From Octopus vulgaris (Eukaryota), in assembly GCA_951406725.2 (NCBI GenBank), contig OX597832.1:58838001-58902000 (forward strand): a DNA stretch of 64,000 nucleotides. The letters run 5' to 3'. The notes beneath the pieces are model-generated. The model did no database searches and had not been told where the DNA came from. It saw nothing but the letters and a program-made list of their open reading frames with translations. Both the position numbers and the translations under genes were made by a program. This document shows positions 13,654 through 27,846 of this stretch, piece by piece. How positions within the stretch are numbered: the stretch's first letter is position 1; every line of letters begins with the position of its first letter.

Positions 13654-13685
<32 letters not shown>

Positions 13686-13699
13686 TTGTTGTTGTTAAT

Positions 13700-13925
13700 T
13701 AGGGCGGTGAGCTGTCAGAACCAGTAGCACGTCGGGCAAAATGCTTCGCGGGAAGGATTTCATTCGTCTTTATGTTATGAGTTAAAATTCGGCTGAGATC
13801 GAATTTGTCTTTTATCCTTTCGGGATCGTTGAAATAAGTACTAGTGAAATACTGGGATCGATGTAATCGACCTACACCATCCCCCGAAATGTTTACAGGC
13901 CTTGTGCCAACCTTTGAAATCAACA
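13700..13925 (+). mobile_element. tRNA-derived SINE family C (LF-SINE/Sauria-like GCCTTTCATCCTTTCGGGGTCGATAAA..AGTACCAG core)
   Basis: Head ggcggtgagctgtcagaa. Other copies at 17480-17675(-), 26690-26845(-), 46610-46830(-), 48830-48925(-), 59815-60030(-). Confidence 0.8.
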
Positions 13926-14125
13926 TCAATATTATTAATTTTTTCTTGCCGCGTGTCTACCGAGTGCATTCTTATCTGCACCTGAAACCCCGTAGAACTT
14001 AGAATGAGGGTCATTATTGCCCTAGGTAGGTCATTATTGCCCTTCGTCTTAATGTGTAACAAATCTAAAGATGCTTATGGCTTTACCATTTAGAATCCAT
14101 ATACCTGTACAGTAATTAGAGGTGG

Positions 14126-14510
14126 TGGAGGCGCAATGGCCCAGTGGTTAGGGCAGCGGACTCGTGGTCATAGGATCGCGGTTTCGATTCCCAGACCAGG
14201 CCTTGTGAGTGTTTATTGAGCGAAAACACCTAAAGCTCCACGAGGCTCCGGCAGGGGATGGTGGTGATCCCTGCTGTACTCTTTCACCACAACTTTCTCT
14301 CACTCTTACCTCCTATTTCTGTTGTACCTGTATTTCAAAGGGCCGGCCTTGTCACTCTCTGTGTCACGCTGAATATCCCCGAGAACTACGTTAAGGGTAC
14401 ACGTGTCTGTGGAGTGCTCAGCCACTTACACGTTAATTTCACGAGCAGGCTGTTCCGTTGATTCGGATCAACCGGAACCCTCGTCGTCGTAACCGACGGA
14501 GTGCTTCCAC
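14126..14510 (+). mobile_element. SINE family B, full length with 12-bp TSD
   Basis: TSD aattagaggtgg at 14114-14125 and 14511-14522; near-identical copy at 28223-28605. Confidence 0.9.
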
Positions 14511-15834
14511 AATTAGAGGTGGCATACAGTAGAAAAAAAAAACCCTGAATAAAAGTAGAATATGATGGCGAACCAATGAGGAAACTGTCTGTCGATATTT
14601 TGGAAATCAGAGCCAAATCTCTCAAAAACATAGATTAGTATCGTAAATATAAAATGGACACATTGAAAAATGAAGTCTTACATAAAGAAAAATCCCCAGC
14701 TGGATTGCTTTTGATCCACAGAAACTTTAATCATGTCTAAGCAACAACAGCAACAGCAACAACATCAATAAGTGTGCTACGATCTTAGGTTGAGGGAATT
14801 AACGCATCGCAAGTTTTCTCGAATATGTTCGCATCTAATCATTTTGTATTATGCAGCGAGAACAAGCACAAGAAAAAAAAATCGTTGCAGAGAGGATTTA
14901 GCTCCTGTTATTGATTCATCTGCATAGCTTTGCAGATTTACTGAAATACAGCATGAAATTATGCTGCCTTTCATTAATTATTTGCCATATCTAGCGGGCA
15001 ATCAAGGCAACATGTACACAGAGACGTAAAGCATAATGATATCCTAGCAATTAGTGACTTAATGAGACTGTGCTAATGTAGGTTTTCCACAGCATTGCAG
15101 ATGTTGTAATAATAGTAATAGTGTTTGTTGTTGTCAATGATTTTACTGTTGTTATTGAATTTTATTGCACTCAATTGTATTGGTATCTTACTTCAGCTCC
15201 AAATTTGATCGAACCGATTCCTTAGAAAATGCGTTCCAGCCGTGACGACCCTCAAATTTCTTTATTTTTTTCATATGTACTCTATCTGCGATCAAGTTAT
15301 CAAAGATATCGTTCCTCTAATTTTATGAATTTCGAGTTCCTTTCTGTAACGTTTCGACACTAAATATGGAAAGCCGAACAGCGATTTACAGTTCCTTTCG
15401 TTGGCTCGCTAATTAATCCTTTAGAATTTTGATGGTTGTGTGTTGGACTCCTACATGGAGCTATATTCAGTCCTAATCCAATTTCTATTTGAGCAGCCTC
15501 CAAATTCCACATATTTCTCCTTTGTTCATACACACTGAACGAGCGGTTCCCGCCGACCAACCCGTTTGAATTGATGAACTGAATATAGGACTGAATATAG
15601 GCATTATTGAGCTGAGTTCACTCTCTCACAATAATCCGCACCAAGTTTACAGGCTGAAAATAACCGATGTATTGCAACTATTCTCCATGGCTTTCAACGC
15701 AAGTCCCAAAGGTCGTACTAAAGTTTCCTCTACCCTCTCCTCCCTCCTCTGATCAAGCCATAAATTTTATGTAGATAAGCTTCATTGATTGGACAAGGGA
15801 CTGGTCTATGGCGTCATTTACTTAATCCCTAGGA

Positions 15835-16219
15835 ATACTCTTTTACTTGTTTTCAGTCATTTGACTGCGGCCATGCTGGATCACCGCCTTTAATCGAGCA
15901 ACTCGACCCCGGGACTTATTCTGTGTAAACCCAGTACTTATTCTATCGGTCTCTTTTTGCCGAACCGCTAAGTGACGGGGACATAAACACACCAGCATCG
16001 GTTGTCAAGCGATGTTGGATGGGACAAACACAGACACACAAACACACGCACACACACACATATATATATATATATACATATATACGATGGGCTTCTTTCA
16101 GTTTCCGTCTACCAAATCCACTCACAAGGCTTTGGTCGGCCCGAGGATATAGTAGAAGACACTTGCCCAAGGTGACACGCAGTGGGACTAAACCCGGAAC
16201 CACAGCCACTCCTACGCCT
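15835..16219 (-). mobile_element. SINE family A, near full length
   Basis: Reverse complement of 1400-1791. Confidence 0.9.
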
Positions 16220-16782
16220 TTACAAAAATTGATAAGATATTTAACCAATTTCCTCCAGTAAATACCTATGAGGATAAATGGACACTGTTGACATTGTTTA
16301 TTTGTATAATCTCTTTTATATATAACACTGGAATAGACAAAATCTGAAGCATTTCTGGTTTTGTAACATAAAGGACAAGTAAAACGAAGATCCGGAATTT
16401 AACAGGCATTATTCCTGTTATTTTAATTCCCTACTGACGTCGCTAGATACTGTTCTCATGCCAAGTAGACCATTTTTCAAACGGTTTATTGCATAAACAG
16501 TGGGTACATTCAGGTGAACAGAATCAATACTTAATGCTTAGCTAATTAACTATATCTACTGTTTCCCGTATGATGATACGAATAATTACAAAACCACCAT
16601 TGTAAAATACGTCATTGCCAAAAGCGCCCTGTCATTTGAAACACTTATGTATGATACTAATGCAGAAATTTAAGTTCTTGAACACTAGAACTGAGATCTC
16701 GATATTATGTAAATAGCGGAATTTATCTATAAATATAATATGTGACAATTAGTTGGTTGTTATAACAAAACTCAGTGTTTGT

Positions 16783-16855
16783 TTGTCTTAATAACTGATG
16801 AGGGGCCGGAGCAGACTTCAGCCCCGGCATCCGAAACTGAGTTTTATTATGACAA
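16783..16855 (+). ncRNA. Type I hammerhead ribozyme (intact core, long stem I)
   Basis: ttgtcttaataa-CTGATGA-ggggccgg..ccggcatcc-GAAA-ctgag-TT-ttattatgacaa; stem I 11/12 bp, GUU triplet. Confidence 0.8.
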
Positions 16856-17676
16856 CCAACTAATTGGCACATATCATATATACACATATACATATATACA
16901 GCAATATATTTTTACAGCAATAGCAGTTTATTCCAATGAGATAAATAAACAAGATATGCCTGTCTCTATAGACAATAGCGCTCCATATATAGTAAGCATT
17001 ACTGCGGCTAACAATCTAGACAATTACAAAATCGTAGTCACAGCTATTTTGATAATTACAACGCAATTGCACAAATTCAGCAAAATTCATTTTTTAATTA
17101 CATATATATTTTTTTAAAATTATGAATTATGATTTATTTTATTTGTTTTCTATTTAAAATAATCAGATTTGAAGTATCAAACATCAGTTTAATTTGTTTT
17201 CAATTTAGCTTGAATTTTAATCAATAAAGAATAATAGTAATTAGTCATAGAATATGTTGTAGGTTGGTGGTGAATGAAAGTAGCATAATGTTGTGTAGAT
17301 GATGTTGATTAGGCGCTATCACTGGCCTGAACGGTGTGTATTGTACCTAAACTATTTCCAATTAGAAATGAAAATTGTTTTAAATGAAAACTACATATTC
17401 ATGCGTTTGTATTTAGACATATGAATACATGTATAGTTTCGTATCTTTTGCTCAAGAGGCGGTTCGAGACTAAATATTGATTTTACATTTTTAGCACGAG
17501 ACCAGCAATTTATAGAGAGGTGTTAAGTCGATCACATCGATCACATTGGTACTTATTTTATCGACCAAAAAGTGATGAAAGGCAACGTGGACTTTTGGCG
17601 GAAATTGAACTGAGAACGTAAATGCCGCTAATTATTTTGCCCAGCGTTCTAACAATTATACCAGCTCGCCACCTTT

Positions 17677-17753
<77 letters not shown>

Positions 17754-18072
17754 CTGTTTATAAAGTGGCACATAAAATCATCATTGACTCTCGTGTTACA
17801 TCTTGTGTGCACACTTAGGATTCGCACTTTGATCTCGTAGAACCCTCACCAGCTACAACTACTCAAACAGGTACATGGTCTGTAGGGTTGTCGCCTAAGT
17901 GGTGCAAACGTGTGAGCTGCTGGGTGAAGGGAATCACCAAGAGATTATAATAATTTTTTATTGATCCCAAAAAGACGACATCAAAGGCTGAAATGCATCA
18001 CTCAAAAAGATGGGTGTCTATTGATCAAAAGGGATGCACAGCAACAATAATAATTTGACAAATATGATAAAT

Positions 18073-18395
18073 TAAAGACTTTTTGCCAACATAACGTGGC
18101 AGTCCTGGATGGGACGAATATTACTGTTGTTTAGCCCCAGGAAACGTCGTTTCTAGCTGGCTGTACGACACAATACCTGTGTCCTTATCTGTGCACTCCC
18201 ATCCAGCACAAAATAACAACTGTGGACCGGTTTCTGGGTTATCGCTCTTTCTCAGCACAGAGTAACTGTTCGGCTAGACGGAGCTGATGAACTTCTATGT
18301 CGTATAGCCAACTGGAAACGACGTTTCCTGGGGTTAAACAACAGTAACATTAGTCCCATTCAGGACTGCCATATTATATTGGCTAATAGTCCTTA
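18073..18395. repeat. Fold-back element with ~97-bp inverted arms (18073-18170 / 18298-18395) enclosing a degenerate hammerhead (18220-18260, minus)
   Basis: Arms tgccaacataacgtggcagtcctggatgggac..ccccaggaaacgtcgtttctagctggct and its reverse complement; homologous to 4790-4990. Confidence 0.8.
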
Positions 18396-18868
18396 CTTTA
18401 AAGTATTGTTACTGAATATCTCTCTTTGAGTGATGTAGAAATAATAACTTAGAATTTAGAAAACTGAATACATAGACATCCCCAATAATGGGCGAAGTCG
18501 AACAATGATAATTCAGACAAAATCCTCCACAAAATGTTCCATATTACTCTACTCTCTTCCTAGCGTAGGAAATACCGTCATCCAGTTTCTATCCACCTAC
18601 TTAGAAAAGTATACTCTGAGTAAGGCCATTAATCCTCAGTCTAGTCAAATTCACTCGCTTTTCAATAAACACACTAGAGGGCAGCACATTCCTATTTAAC
18701 CTCACTTTTCTCTTATAAACGTAAGAAGAATAAACAGAAGACGAAGAAGAAGAGGGAAATCAAGAAGGAAGGGGAAGGAGGAGGAAGGAAGGAAAATGGG
18801 AAAAGAGGGGGAAATGGGGAGGAACAGAAGGTAAAAGGAGGAAAAAGAGAAGGTGGAGGAAGAAAATG

Positions 18869-19160
18869 TTGTTGTTGTTGTTGTTTGTTCCTTCTCGAGC
18901 CATGCGTGGCTCATAAGGGGAGGTTTCCCGGTTTCTTGGCGTACAGGTTCCGTCGCAGGTGAGCTGCAAGATGCAGGAGGAAGAGTGAGAAAAAGTTGTG
19001 GCGAAAGAGTCAGCAGAAGTTTGCCATTACCTTCTGCCGGAGCCGCGTGGAGCTCAGGTGTTTTGCTTATAAACACACACATCGCCCAGTCTGAGATTCG
19101 AACCCGCGATCCCTCCACCGCGAGTCCGCTGCTCTAACCACTAGGCCATGTGCCTCCACA
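18869..19160 (-). mobile_element. SINE family B variant with (AAC)n tail and gaagaaaatg TSD
   Basis: TSD at 18859-18868 and 19164-19173; related copies at 20105-20405(-), 26250-26540(-), 56681-56930(+). Confidence 0.85.
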
Positions 19161-20573
19161 CAAGAAGAAAATGAGAAGAGGAGGAGAAAGATGAGGAGGA
19201 AGAGGAGAAAGCGGAAGAGAAAGAAGGGGAGGAATGAGGAAGAGAACGAGAAAGAGGAGAAGAAGAGAAAGAGAAAGACGATGAGGAGGATGAGAAAGCG
19301 GAAGAGAAGGACATGAAGAAGAAGACGAAGAAGAAGAAGAAGAAAAGGAGATCAACAAAGACAACAACACCAACAGCAACAATAACAACAACACCAACAA
19401 TAACATATTTGAACAAAACATTTGCAATATTTACACAGTAGTTATATCTGAGAACAGTCGTTTGCATGAAATGAAAATATTGTCAGAAAGTGAAAGACAA
19501 TTCACGTTTGTTAGACGCCATTTTTTTCTATTTTATCTTTATTCTTTTCTTTATTCTCCCATACTGACATGTTCTCTCTCTTTCACTGCCATCAAGTGTA
19601 GCTCACTCTGTAAAATGAATTGGGAAACAGTGAGTGTTGTTGTTTTGTTGTTGTTGAGGTGGTGGTGGTGAAGGTGTTCTTGGTTGGGGGGAGATACGGA
19701 AGGAAATGAGCGTGGCGGATCATCTTTTACTAATAATGAGCAAGATACAGACAAGTATGCAACATCAAACGAAAAAACTAAGAACTGAAATGAAGATAAG
19801 ACTCACTCGGCCTTCACTGATGATGCAACATTGCGGTGAAAAGGTAAACGACTCTATAAACACTTGTGAATAAGCTACTATACACACATATATAAACACA
19901 CATATATATTCTCGCATAGTGTGTATACACCCATGTGTCAATGTGTGTTGTTATTTATTCACAAGTATGTATAAATTTATATATGTCTGTTTATATGTGC
20001 ACACATAAACGCACACGTTCAACTCCATTCTGGGTGTGTCGGTTTAAGAGTGTATATGTGTTGTGAGTAATTAAATGATAGGTGTATATAGGTTTTTCTA
20101 TTGATTTATGCGCCCTTTTCAAGCCTAACCAGGATCATGGGCCCGGTTTTCCGGTCTCTGTGGCGTATGTGTTCCCCCCCAGCTGGACGGGACACCAGTC
20201 CATCGCACCGAACTCAAGAAACAGGAAGAGAGAGTGAGAGAAAGTTGGGGCGAAAGAGTACAACAGGGGTCGCCACTACCCCCTGCCGGAGCTTCGTGGA
20301 GCTTTAGGTGTTTTCGCTCAATAAACACACGCCCGGTCTGGGAATCGAAACCGCGATCCTCCAACCGCGAATCCGCTGCCCTAACCACTGGGCCATTGCG
20401 CCTCCATCTAGGTTTATATATACGTGTGCAGACGGCGTATATTGACATGGATATTGGTCTGTATTTTGCCTTTGCCTGTGGAAGATAATTTTTGGACGAA
20501 ATATTGTTTGGTAGATGTACATATTTCTGTACTTGTATGTACGTATGTGTTATGTCTTCAGGGGTTTGAATAT

Positions 20574-20865
20574 CTCGTCGCCAATACTGTTATGACACCA
20601 TTGAGGTGTGGACAAGACGTGTTGGAATAGTATGACCCAAATAAATATTCGGATATGGTTATCGAGAATAACCTTTCGCAGAATTAATATGTTCACGCAG
20701 AGAACGTGCTTCGTACTACGCCAGACGTAGGCACGATATTAAACTAACACAATAATCTAGTACGAACAATCTACGCTGTCAACTGTTGACTCTCAACTGC
20801 CCACATTCCACACAACTTCTTTATTTTAATGAAATGCTCAGTTCACTGGGCAGTATCCTTTCACA
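20574..20865 (-). mobile_element. Probable Gypsy-type LTR (20588-20865) with adjacent primer-binding site
   Basis: Minus strand TGTGAAAGG...GTCATAACA, then gtat-TGGCGACGAG, a common Gypsy PBS motif. Confidence 0.5.
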
Positions 20866-22130
20866 ACTGTATGTATGTTTGTATGTTTGTACCTCTGCAT
20901 GAATGGATGGATGGATGGATAGATATATGGATGGATGTGTTCATACGTGGTATGTAATCATTTGACATGCAGCACTTTCTAAATTCTCTAAAGATCACTC
21001 TCAGCCATTGAATGTCTATACCAACACTTCAACTTTCTTCTCACCACCAGAGACGTAGCAAATATTCTTAGATTCTTTCTTTCTTCCTTTCTTTCTTTCC
21101 TTCTTTGCGATGACATATTTTTTCATCCCTCCTTCTTCACGTCTTCGTCTCTACATTATAGACCTTTCTTGATTTCTTCCGATGTTGAAGAACGCGCACA
21201 CATTTAAACAGACGGATTGCAAAGATTTAGAAGTTATATCGCTTTTCCCAGACACCACCACAACCACCACCACATCTTCTGTTATTATTATTATTTCACG
21301 ATAAAACATCATTACACTAACACTACCACCACCTCCAACAACAACAACAACAACAACAGCAACGACCATAACAACAAGAATGCCAGCACAAATATCACCA
21401 AAGACAACTACAACGACAAGGAAGCATTAGTAATACTAACCCAACGTAATATGAAAAAAATTCGGAATGATGAAAAACGTGAATTGATGTTGTGGTTATT
21501 GATATGTAAAAACAAAGTTATTGTTGGTGTTAATGTTCTTAAAGTTGTTGTCGCTTAGAAATAATTTACAATAGAAAACTAAAACTAGTGAATTCGGGGA
21601 AAATATTTCGTGTTTTTTTTTATTATTAGCATTTTATTTATTTTTTCTTTATTTTTTTGTCACTTAATGTGTTGTGTTTTTTTGTTTGCTTGTGTTTTTG
21701 TGCTTTATTCTATAGTTGTTATTTATTTATTATATATATTTTTTGCTGTGTTTATGTTTGTGTTTACCTTTTTTTTAGGGGGGGGGGTCTTTTTTTGTCA
21801 TTTGAGCAATTATTATGAAGCTAAAAGAGCATCAGACTAGATGGTGCCACGCAGTGAGAAGCGTAGCAGTTACCAACATTCTTGGAATTACCATATTTGC
21901 TTCTATGAAGAGAAAGTAATGAACGAATCTTGATAGTTAATCAGATCTGAAGAGAGAGAAAAAAAAAAAAGAAAATGAGGATAGTAATAATGATGATGAT
22001 GACGACAATGATGATGATGATGATGATGACGATGATGATGACGATGATGATGACGATGATGAAGCTGAGGATGATGATGATAAAAATAATGATGGTGAAG
22101 ATAATAATAATGATGATGAAAATAATAATG

Positions 22131-22226
<96 letters not shown>

Positions 22227-22350
22227 GTAATAATAATAATAGTATAAATGATGGTAATAATAGTACAGAAACAAGAGAACAGAAGCTATATAGACACACA
22301 CACACAGACATACACATACACACTTGTAAGTCTATTCATTTGAATACACG

Positions 22351-22419
<69 letters not shown>

Positions 22420-22824
22420 ATGTATATGCACAAGCATACATACGTACATATACATACATACACACATACAGATAGACATGCATACAATACATACAAACAT
22501 ATACATACATAGACACAGACACACTCACATTCAAATATCGACACATATATATCGCATTTATTACAGTAGTTTCGTGGTCACAATAGAAAATTAAAGTTGA
22601 GATATTCCTAAAGATAAGACTTCTTGTTATGATGACTTGCAATCTTAAATGCAAATATGCATACAAATGCACACATATGTATATTTAAACGTATATGTTC
22701 ACACACTAATGCATACCACGCAGAGAAGTACACAACAGACCACACTTATGCATACACACCACCCTATACGTATGTATAAATTATATGTATGTATGTATGT
22801 ATATATGTGTCTATATATTCATAT

Positions 22825-22882
<58 letters not shown>

Positions 22883-23449
22883 ATGCATGTATATATATAT
22901 ATATATTGACGCACATATTTATATGGGCTGACAGATTTATATACACTTGCATACGTTGACACACACGCACGTGCATGTAATTTTTTAATGGAGACAATCA
23001 TATGGAGACAGACTCAAACGTGCTGGAACACTATCATGATGCAAACATACAACTGCATGAACATCACATGACATATATAAACATGCTACACGTTATGCAC
23101 GTGCCTACTCACACACACACACACACACTCACACACACATACATCCACACAAATACACAAACGCACACACACACACACACACATATCCAAAACATTTCAA
23201 ATTTCTGTGCATATATATATATACAGATATATACGTACGATTATATAGATATACACACACACACATGCACACACCCAGTCACCCACACACCCACACACAC
23301 ATACACACACATGCACAAACCCACTCATCCACTCACCCACCCACACATACAGACACACGCACACACATAATACACTTCTTTACACTTATATGTATACATG
23401 CATAACACACACACAAACATATATATATATGTGAGTGTGTGTGTGTGTG

Positions 23450-23488
<39 letters not shown>

Positions 23489-23770
23489 AAGCTCAATGGC
23501 CTAGTGGTTATGGCAGCGGACTCGCGGTTTTAGGATCGTGGTTTCGATTCCCAGACCGAGCGTTGTGGGTTTTTATTGAGATCCGGCAGTGGGTGGTGGA
23601 GATCCCTGCTGTACTCATTCGCCACAAGTTTCTCTCACTCTTTCGTCTGTTGGCCTGCTCGCTTAGCCAGCGGGGTGGCGTCATTCGAAGGCTAAAATAA
23701 TACGAAGCGCAACGTGACCAGCGATGTGTAGCAACACCTGATAGCCTGGTCGGTCACGGTGGTCACGGTG

Positions 23771-23823
<53 letters not shown>

Positions 23824-24129
23824 GTATGTATATATGTATAATCGATGTAATACTAAGATATAGAAATTCTTTAAAGCATGTTTAATGATCCGTTACAATT
23901 GTTTCTGTACCAGATGTTTTTTTTATTCTTTGTCTTATTATTTGGATTGTAATTTACCCTTCGCCAAACTCTCATTATGGTCTTACCAATGTGAAACAAG
24001 GATTTTCTACTCTTGAAGAATTTCGGCATTGGTATAGAACCAGGCTGGAGTTTTCGGGTTGAGTACATGTCTGGAAATACCCTACGTTTACACCCTACCA
24101 AGATTTAAGATTATATATATTCATATAAA

Positions 24130-24204
<75 letters not shown>

Positions 24205-24706
24205 GCAACTAGCATCGTTTCCTCATAGGTGGGACACTCAACAACTGGTTCTGGTTCATCCGATACTAGATGTTTCGAAACAATTGTCGTGATTAATAAT
24301 AAATTCTCGTATTTTCCATCTTCAGTCTTCCATTTGCCATATACATAACGATCACTCCGATAGTGACCGTGCTTTACCAGCAAGCTACCAGGTGTAAACC
24401 CATCGTTTTATTATCCATATATATATATATCAGCCGAAATTGCGAGGATGAACCGGTTCTTGACTGAGGATAGAAAGCTTCGAATGACCCGTACTTGTTT
24501 TTTTGTATCGTCTATCTGATTGTTTTGTTGTCCCTTTTTGTATCACCTAGTTGTCCGGATGTTTTGCGTTCTTGTCCCATTTTGTATTTATGTATGTATA
24601 TATATATATAAAGTTAATCCAAACAAGAAAACAAAAAGACAACAACGCGAGGATGTGGAACAAATAAAGTATTATTGGGCGCTCAGGAAAAAAGGGAAGA
24701 AGGAGG

Positions 24707-24741
24707 GTATGACATTTCGAGCGGAGCTCTTCGTCGGAAAC
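24707..24741 (-). ncRNA. Hammerhead motif with U4C core variant, same family as 3459-3493 (element ~24608-24900)
   Basis: Reverse complement gttt-CCGACGA-agagctccgctc-GAAA-tg-TC-atac. Confidence 0.6.
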
Positions 24742-25104
24742 ATAGGAGAAAGAAAGATCCCGAGGTGGGAGGACAGAGGGAAAAAATGCAAGTGGTCTTC
24801 ACGAGGTCAACATACTGAAAAGGCGGAAGTGGTAAACAAGCGGGAGCAGGTTTTCAAAGACAAGAGGGCGGAAAAAGAAGGAAGGTAAACAACGGTGTGA
24901 TATATATATATGCGTTGTAAATTGAGATCTAATCAATATTAGGCACAAATATAAATATATAGGAAAGTTTGTCATTGTATGATATCAGTGAATGACTGTT
25001 TATTTGAAACGCGTTGATATATAAACAAGCACTGCTCACAATCACAATCAAATACACGAAGAGGCTTATGCCTATGCAGAATGAACTTATAGACGCGGTC
25101 ATAT

Positions 25105-25442
25105 GGGAGACCACCTTCTGTCATGAATAACCATGGGATTGCACCTAGAAAGTTACCCTCCGAGGCACAAGTCCGGGCAAAATTGTTTATGGAAGGCCAG
25201 CAGTCGCCCATGCATACCAGCCTCCCCTCTCCACGCGATCTGTGTTACCCAAGGGAAAGGCAAAGGGCCGATACAGTTTGGCACCTGTGACGTCGCAACT
25301 CATTTCTACAGCTGAGTGAACTGGAGCAACGTGAAATGAAGTGTCTTGCTCAAGAACGCAACACACTGCCCTGTCCGGGATTCGAACTCACAACCTCACG
25401 ATCGTAAGCTCGACGCTCTAACCACTGAGCCATGCGCCTTCA
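25105..25442 (-). mobile_element. tRNA-derived SINE with a fourth tail type; sister copy at 28766-29095(+)
   Basis: Head aggcgcatggctcagtggttagagcgtcgagc..gagttcgaatccc; shared gttgcgacgtcacaggtgc..ctaggtgcaatcccatg body. Confidence 0.85.
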
Positions 25443-27782
25443 TGCAGTCATATAAAGCATACAAAATATATAGACATTTGATAAGGGGATTTGGTGATAC
25501 ACTTCTAATTTCGAAAGAATTATGATAGCATAATTATCAATTCCCTAATCATTGTGTAATTCTAACACTAATATACTTTCGCTAAGTTACTTTAAGATCT
25601 ACTAGGCACGAGTTTCATTATGATTAGCTAACGAGATCTGATAAGGCTGAAAATTGTCATGTGTTATCACTTGACTCGTCAATCTTGAGAGTAAACCATA
25701 CGAAAGCCATTTCTTAAAATATTTAGTTAATTTATATCACGGAGTTGATTCCCTTGTCTTCCTCAATAAAAATTATTGTTAACGCTAAATGGTATTCCTT
25801 TTATTTCGTTCTCCTACTTTGCTATACTCGTTCAAGTCATTAGACTGCGACCACGCTGGAGTACAACTCTGAAGGGTTTAGCTGAACACATTGATTGCAG
25901 AACTTATTTAATGTCCACTACTTACTTTGTCGTTCTGCTGATCCACTGCGTTAACAAGTATGTAACAAACGAACACCGTTTGTAAACTACGAGCGAAAAA
26001 ATACAAAGACACTCGTATACACATACACACTACGGGTTTCCACATTGTTTTCCTCAACCACATTTATTTGCAAGATAATTGCCGCTCAAGGGCTATTGCT
26101 GAAAACACTTGCAATACAACGTAGTTTGACCGAACCTACTTTTGAAGCGAACTCCTAAATCACAAAGTTATTTTGTGCGTAAGTTAAATGAATTAAAATC
26201 TCGTTAAATATAACCCCATCCCATCCCCAATGAAACTGTACGTTTGTAGGTCCCTTCTCGAGCCACACCTGGCTCATAAGGGTTGATTTCCCGGTTTTTT
26301 CGGAGTATAGGTTAACAAACTGGACGGGACGCCAGTCCGTCGCAGGTGAACTGCAGGATGCAGGAGGAAAGAGTGAGAGAAAGTTGTGGTGAAAGAGTCA
26401 GCAGAAGTTCGCCATTAGCTTCTGCCGGAGCCACGCGGAGCTTAGGTGTTTCGCTCATAAATACACACATCACTCGGTCTGAGATTCGAACCCTTGATCC
26501 CTCGTCTGCGAGTCCGCTGCTCTAACCGCTAGGCCATGTTACTCTACAATGAAACTATACTAAATGACAATTGAACAATAACCATGTGCTGGAATCGAAC
26601 GCTTTGTTTTAAGGTTGATAAACGGGCAACTTAACTATACACGTAAAATATATTTATTTCGTTATTGCTCACTGGGGGGTAAATATAGAAGGGATAAACA
26701 AGAACAGACAAAGGGATTAAGTCGATTACATTGACCCCAGTGCGTGACTGGGAAAGTCGACCTCGGCGGAATTTGAACACAGAACGTAATGGCAGACGAA
26801 ATACTCTTAAGCATTTCGCCCAGTGTGCTAACGATTTTACGCACGTAAAATATATTCCATAACCATAAAAACCGCACACACAGAAACACACGCAGACACA
26901 CACACACAAACATGCACACACGCACAGGCACACACACACACCCTTGTGCATACATATTCATGAAGCTAACACGCTTATATCGACTCGGTTTGCTACTACC
27001 ATCAATTTGTAATCACAATTCTGTTCGTTTTATCTCCAATATATATTATACATTTTTTCTCTCTTCCAAAGGTAATAAATACTTTAGAGAATATTAGTCT
27101 ACAGTAATATTTACTAGTAAAGTAGGTAGGTAGGTGGCGAGGCTTAATTATACAAGGTACAATAAAGAATGCAAATATCTATATAAGAAATTTAAAATAG
27201 AAAGGTCTTCATCTATTCATCTACATAGAAAAGTAACGCATACAAATAATTATAAATCAAACAAAATCAATACTAAAAAGTAGATTGGAAAACTCTGAAC
27301 ATGCCTGTACAATATTTCGTTAAATGTCTTCGTCTATAACTTGACCTCTTCCCCTCAAACAAATTCACTCTCTGTGTAGATAGACAAGAAACGACTGAGT
27401 GAAACAATAAACGAGTAGACATATGCAAACATTGTTTAGATTCAAATTGGCTGATTCGGTATTATATTACGAGAGAAGGTCTTGCCGAGGTTTCGCATTA
27501 AAATATAAATATGCAACAGCCGCTTGTTCGTCTCCCATAACTAAGTCACTTAAAAATGCCGGTCTGTCCATTGAGTAGAAACTGGACGGAAATAATTCCA
27601 ACTAATAAAAAGCAACGAAATGCGGCTATTAAGGAAAAGGAAGAACCAAATGATAAACCAAATAAGAGATGAATGAAAGGTGGGGGGAAGGGGTATAAAA
27701 AGCCAAAAAAATATATATATATAATAATAAATAGACGAAACAAAGAAAACCCATTGAAACTATCATATAATATTTTATGTTC

Positions 27783-27846
<64 letters not shown>

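Noticed and set aside
14126-14200. tRNA genes at SINE heads (here and other copies)
   Set aside because: A/B boxes run into SINE bodies with TSDs and there is no complete cloverleaf or terminator
19812-19845. CTGATGA...gtGAAA hammerhead-like string
   Set aside because: GAAA does not follow stem II directly, and there is no stem I/III or NUH; it folds as a simple hairpin
24200-24420. Minus ORF ..KYENLLL..EPEPVVECPTYEE as a host exon
   Set aside because: No splice sites and embedded in (TA)n; at most a LINE remnant, too short to call
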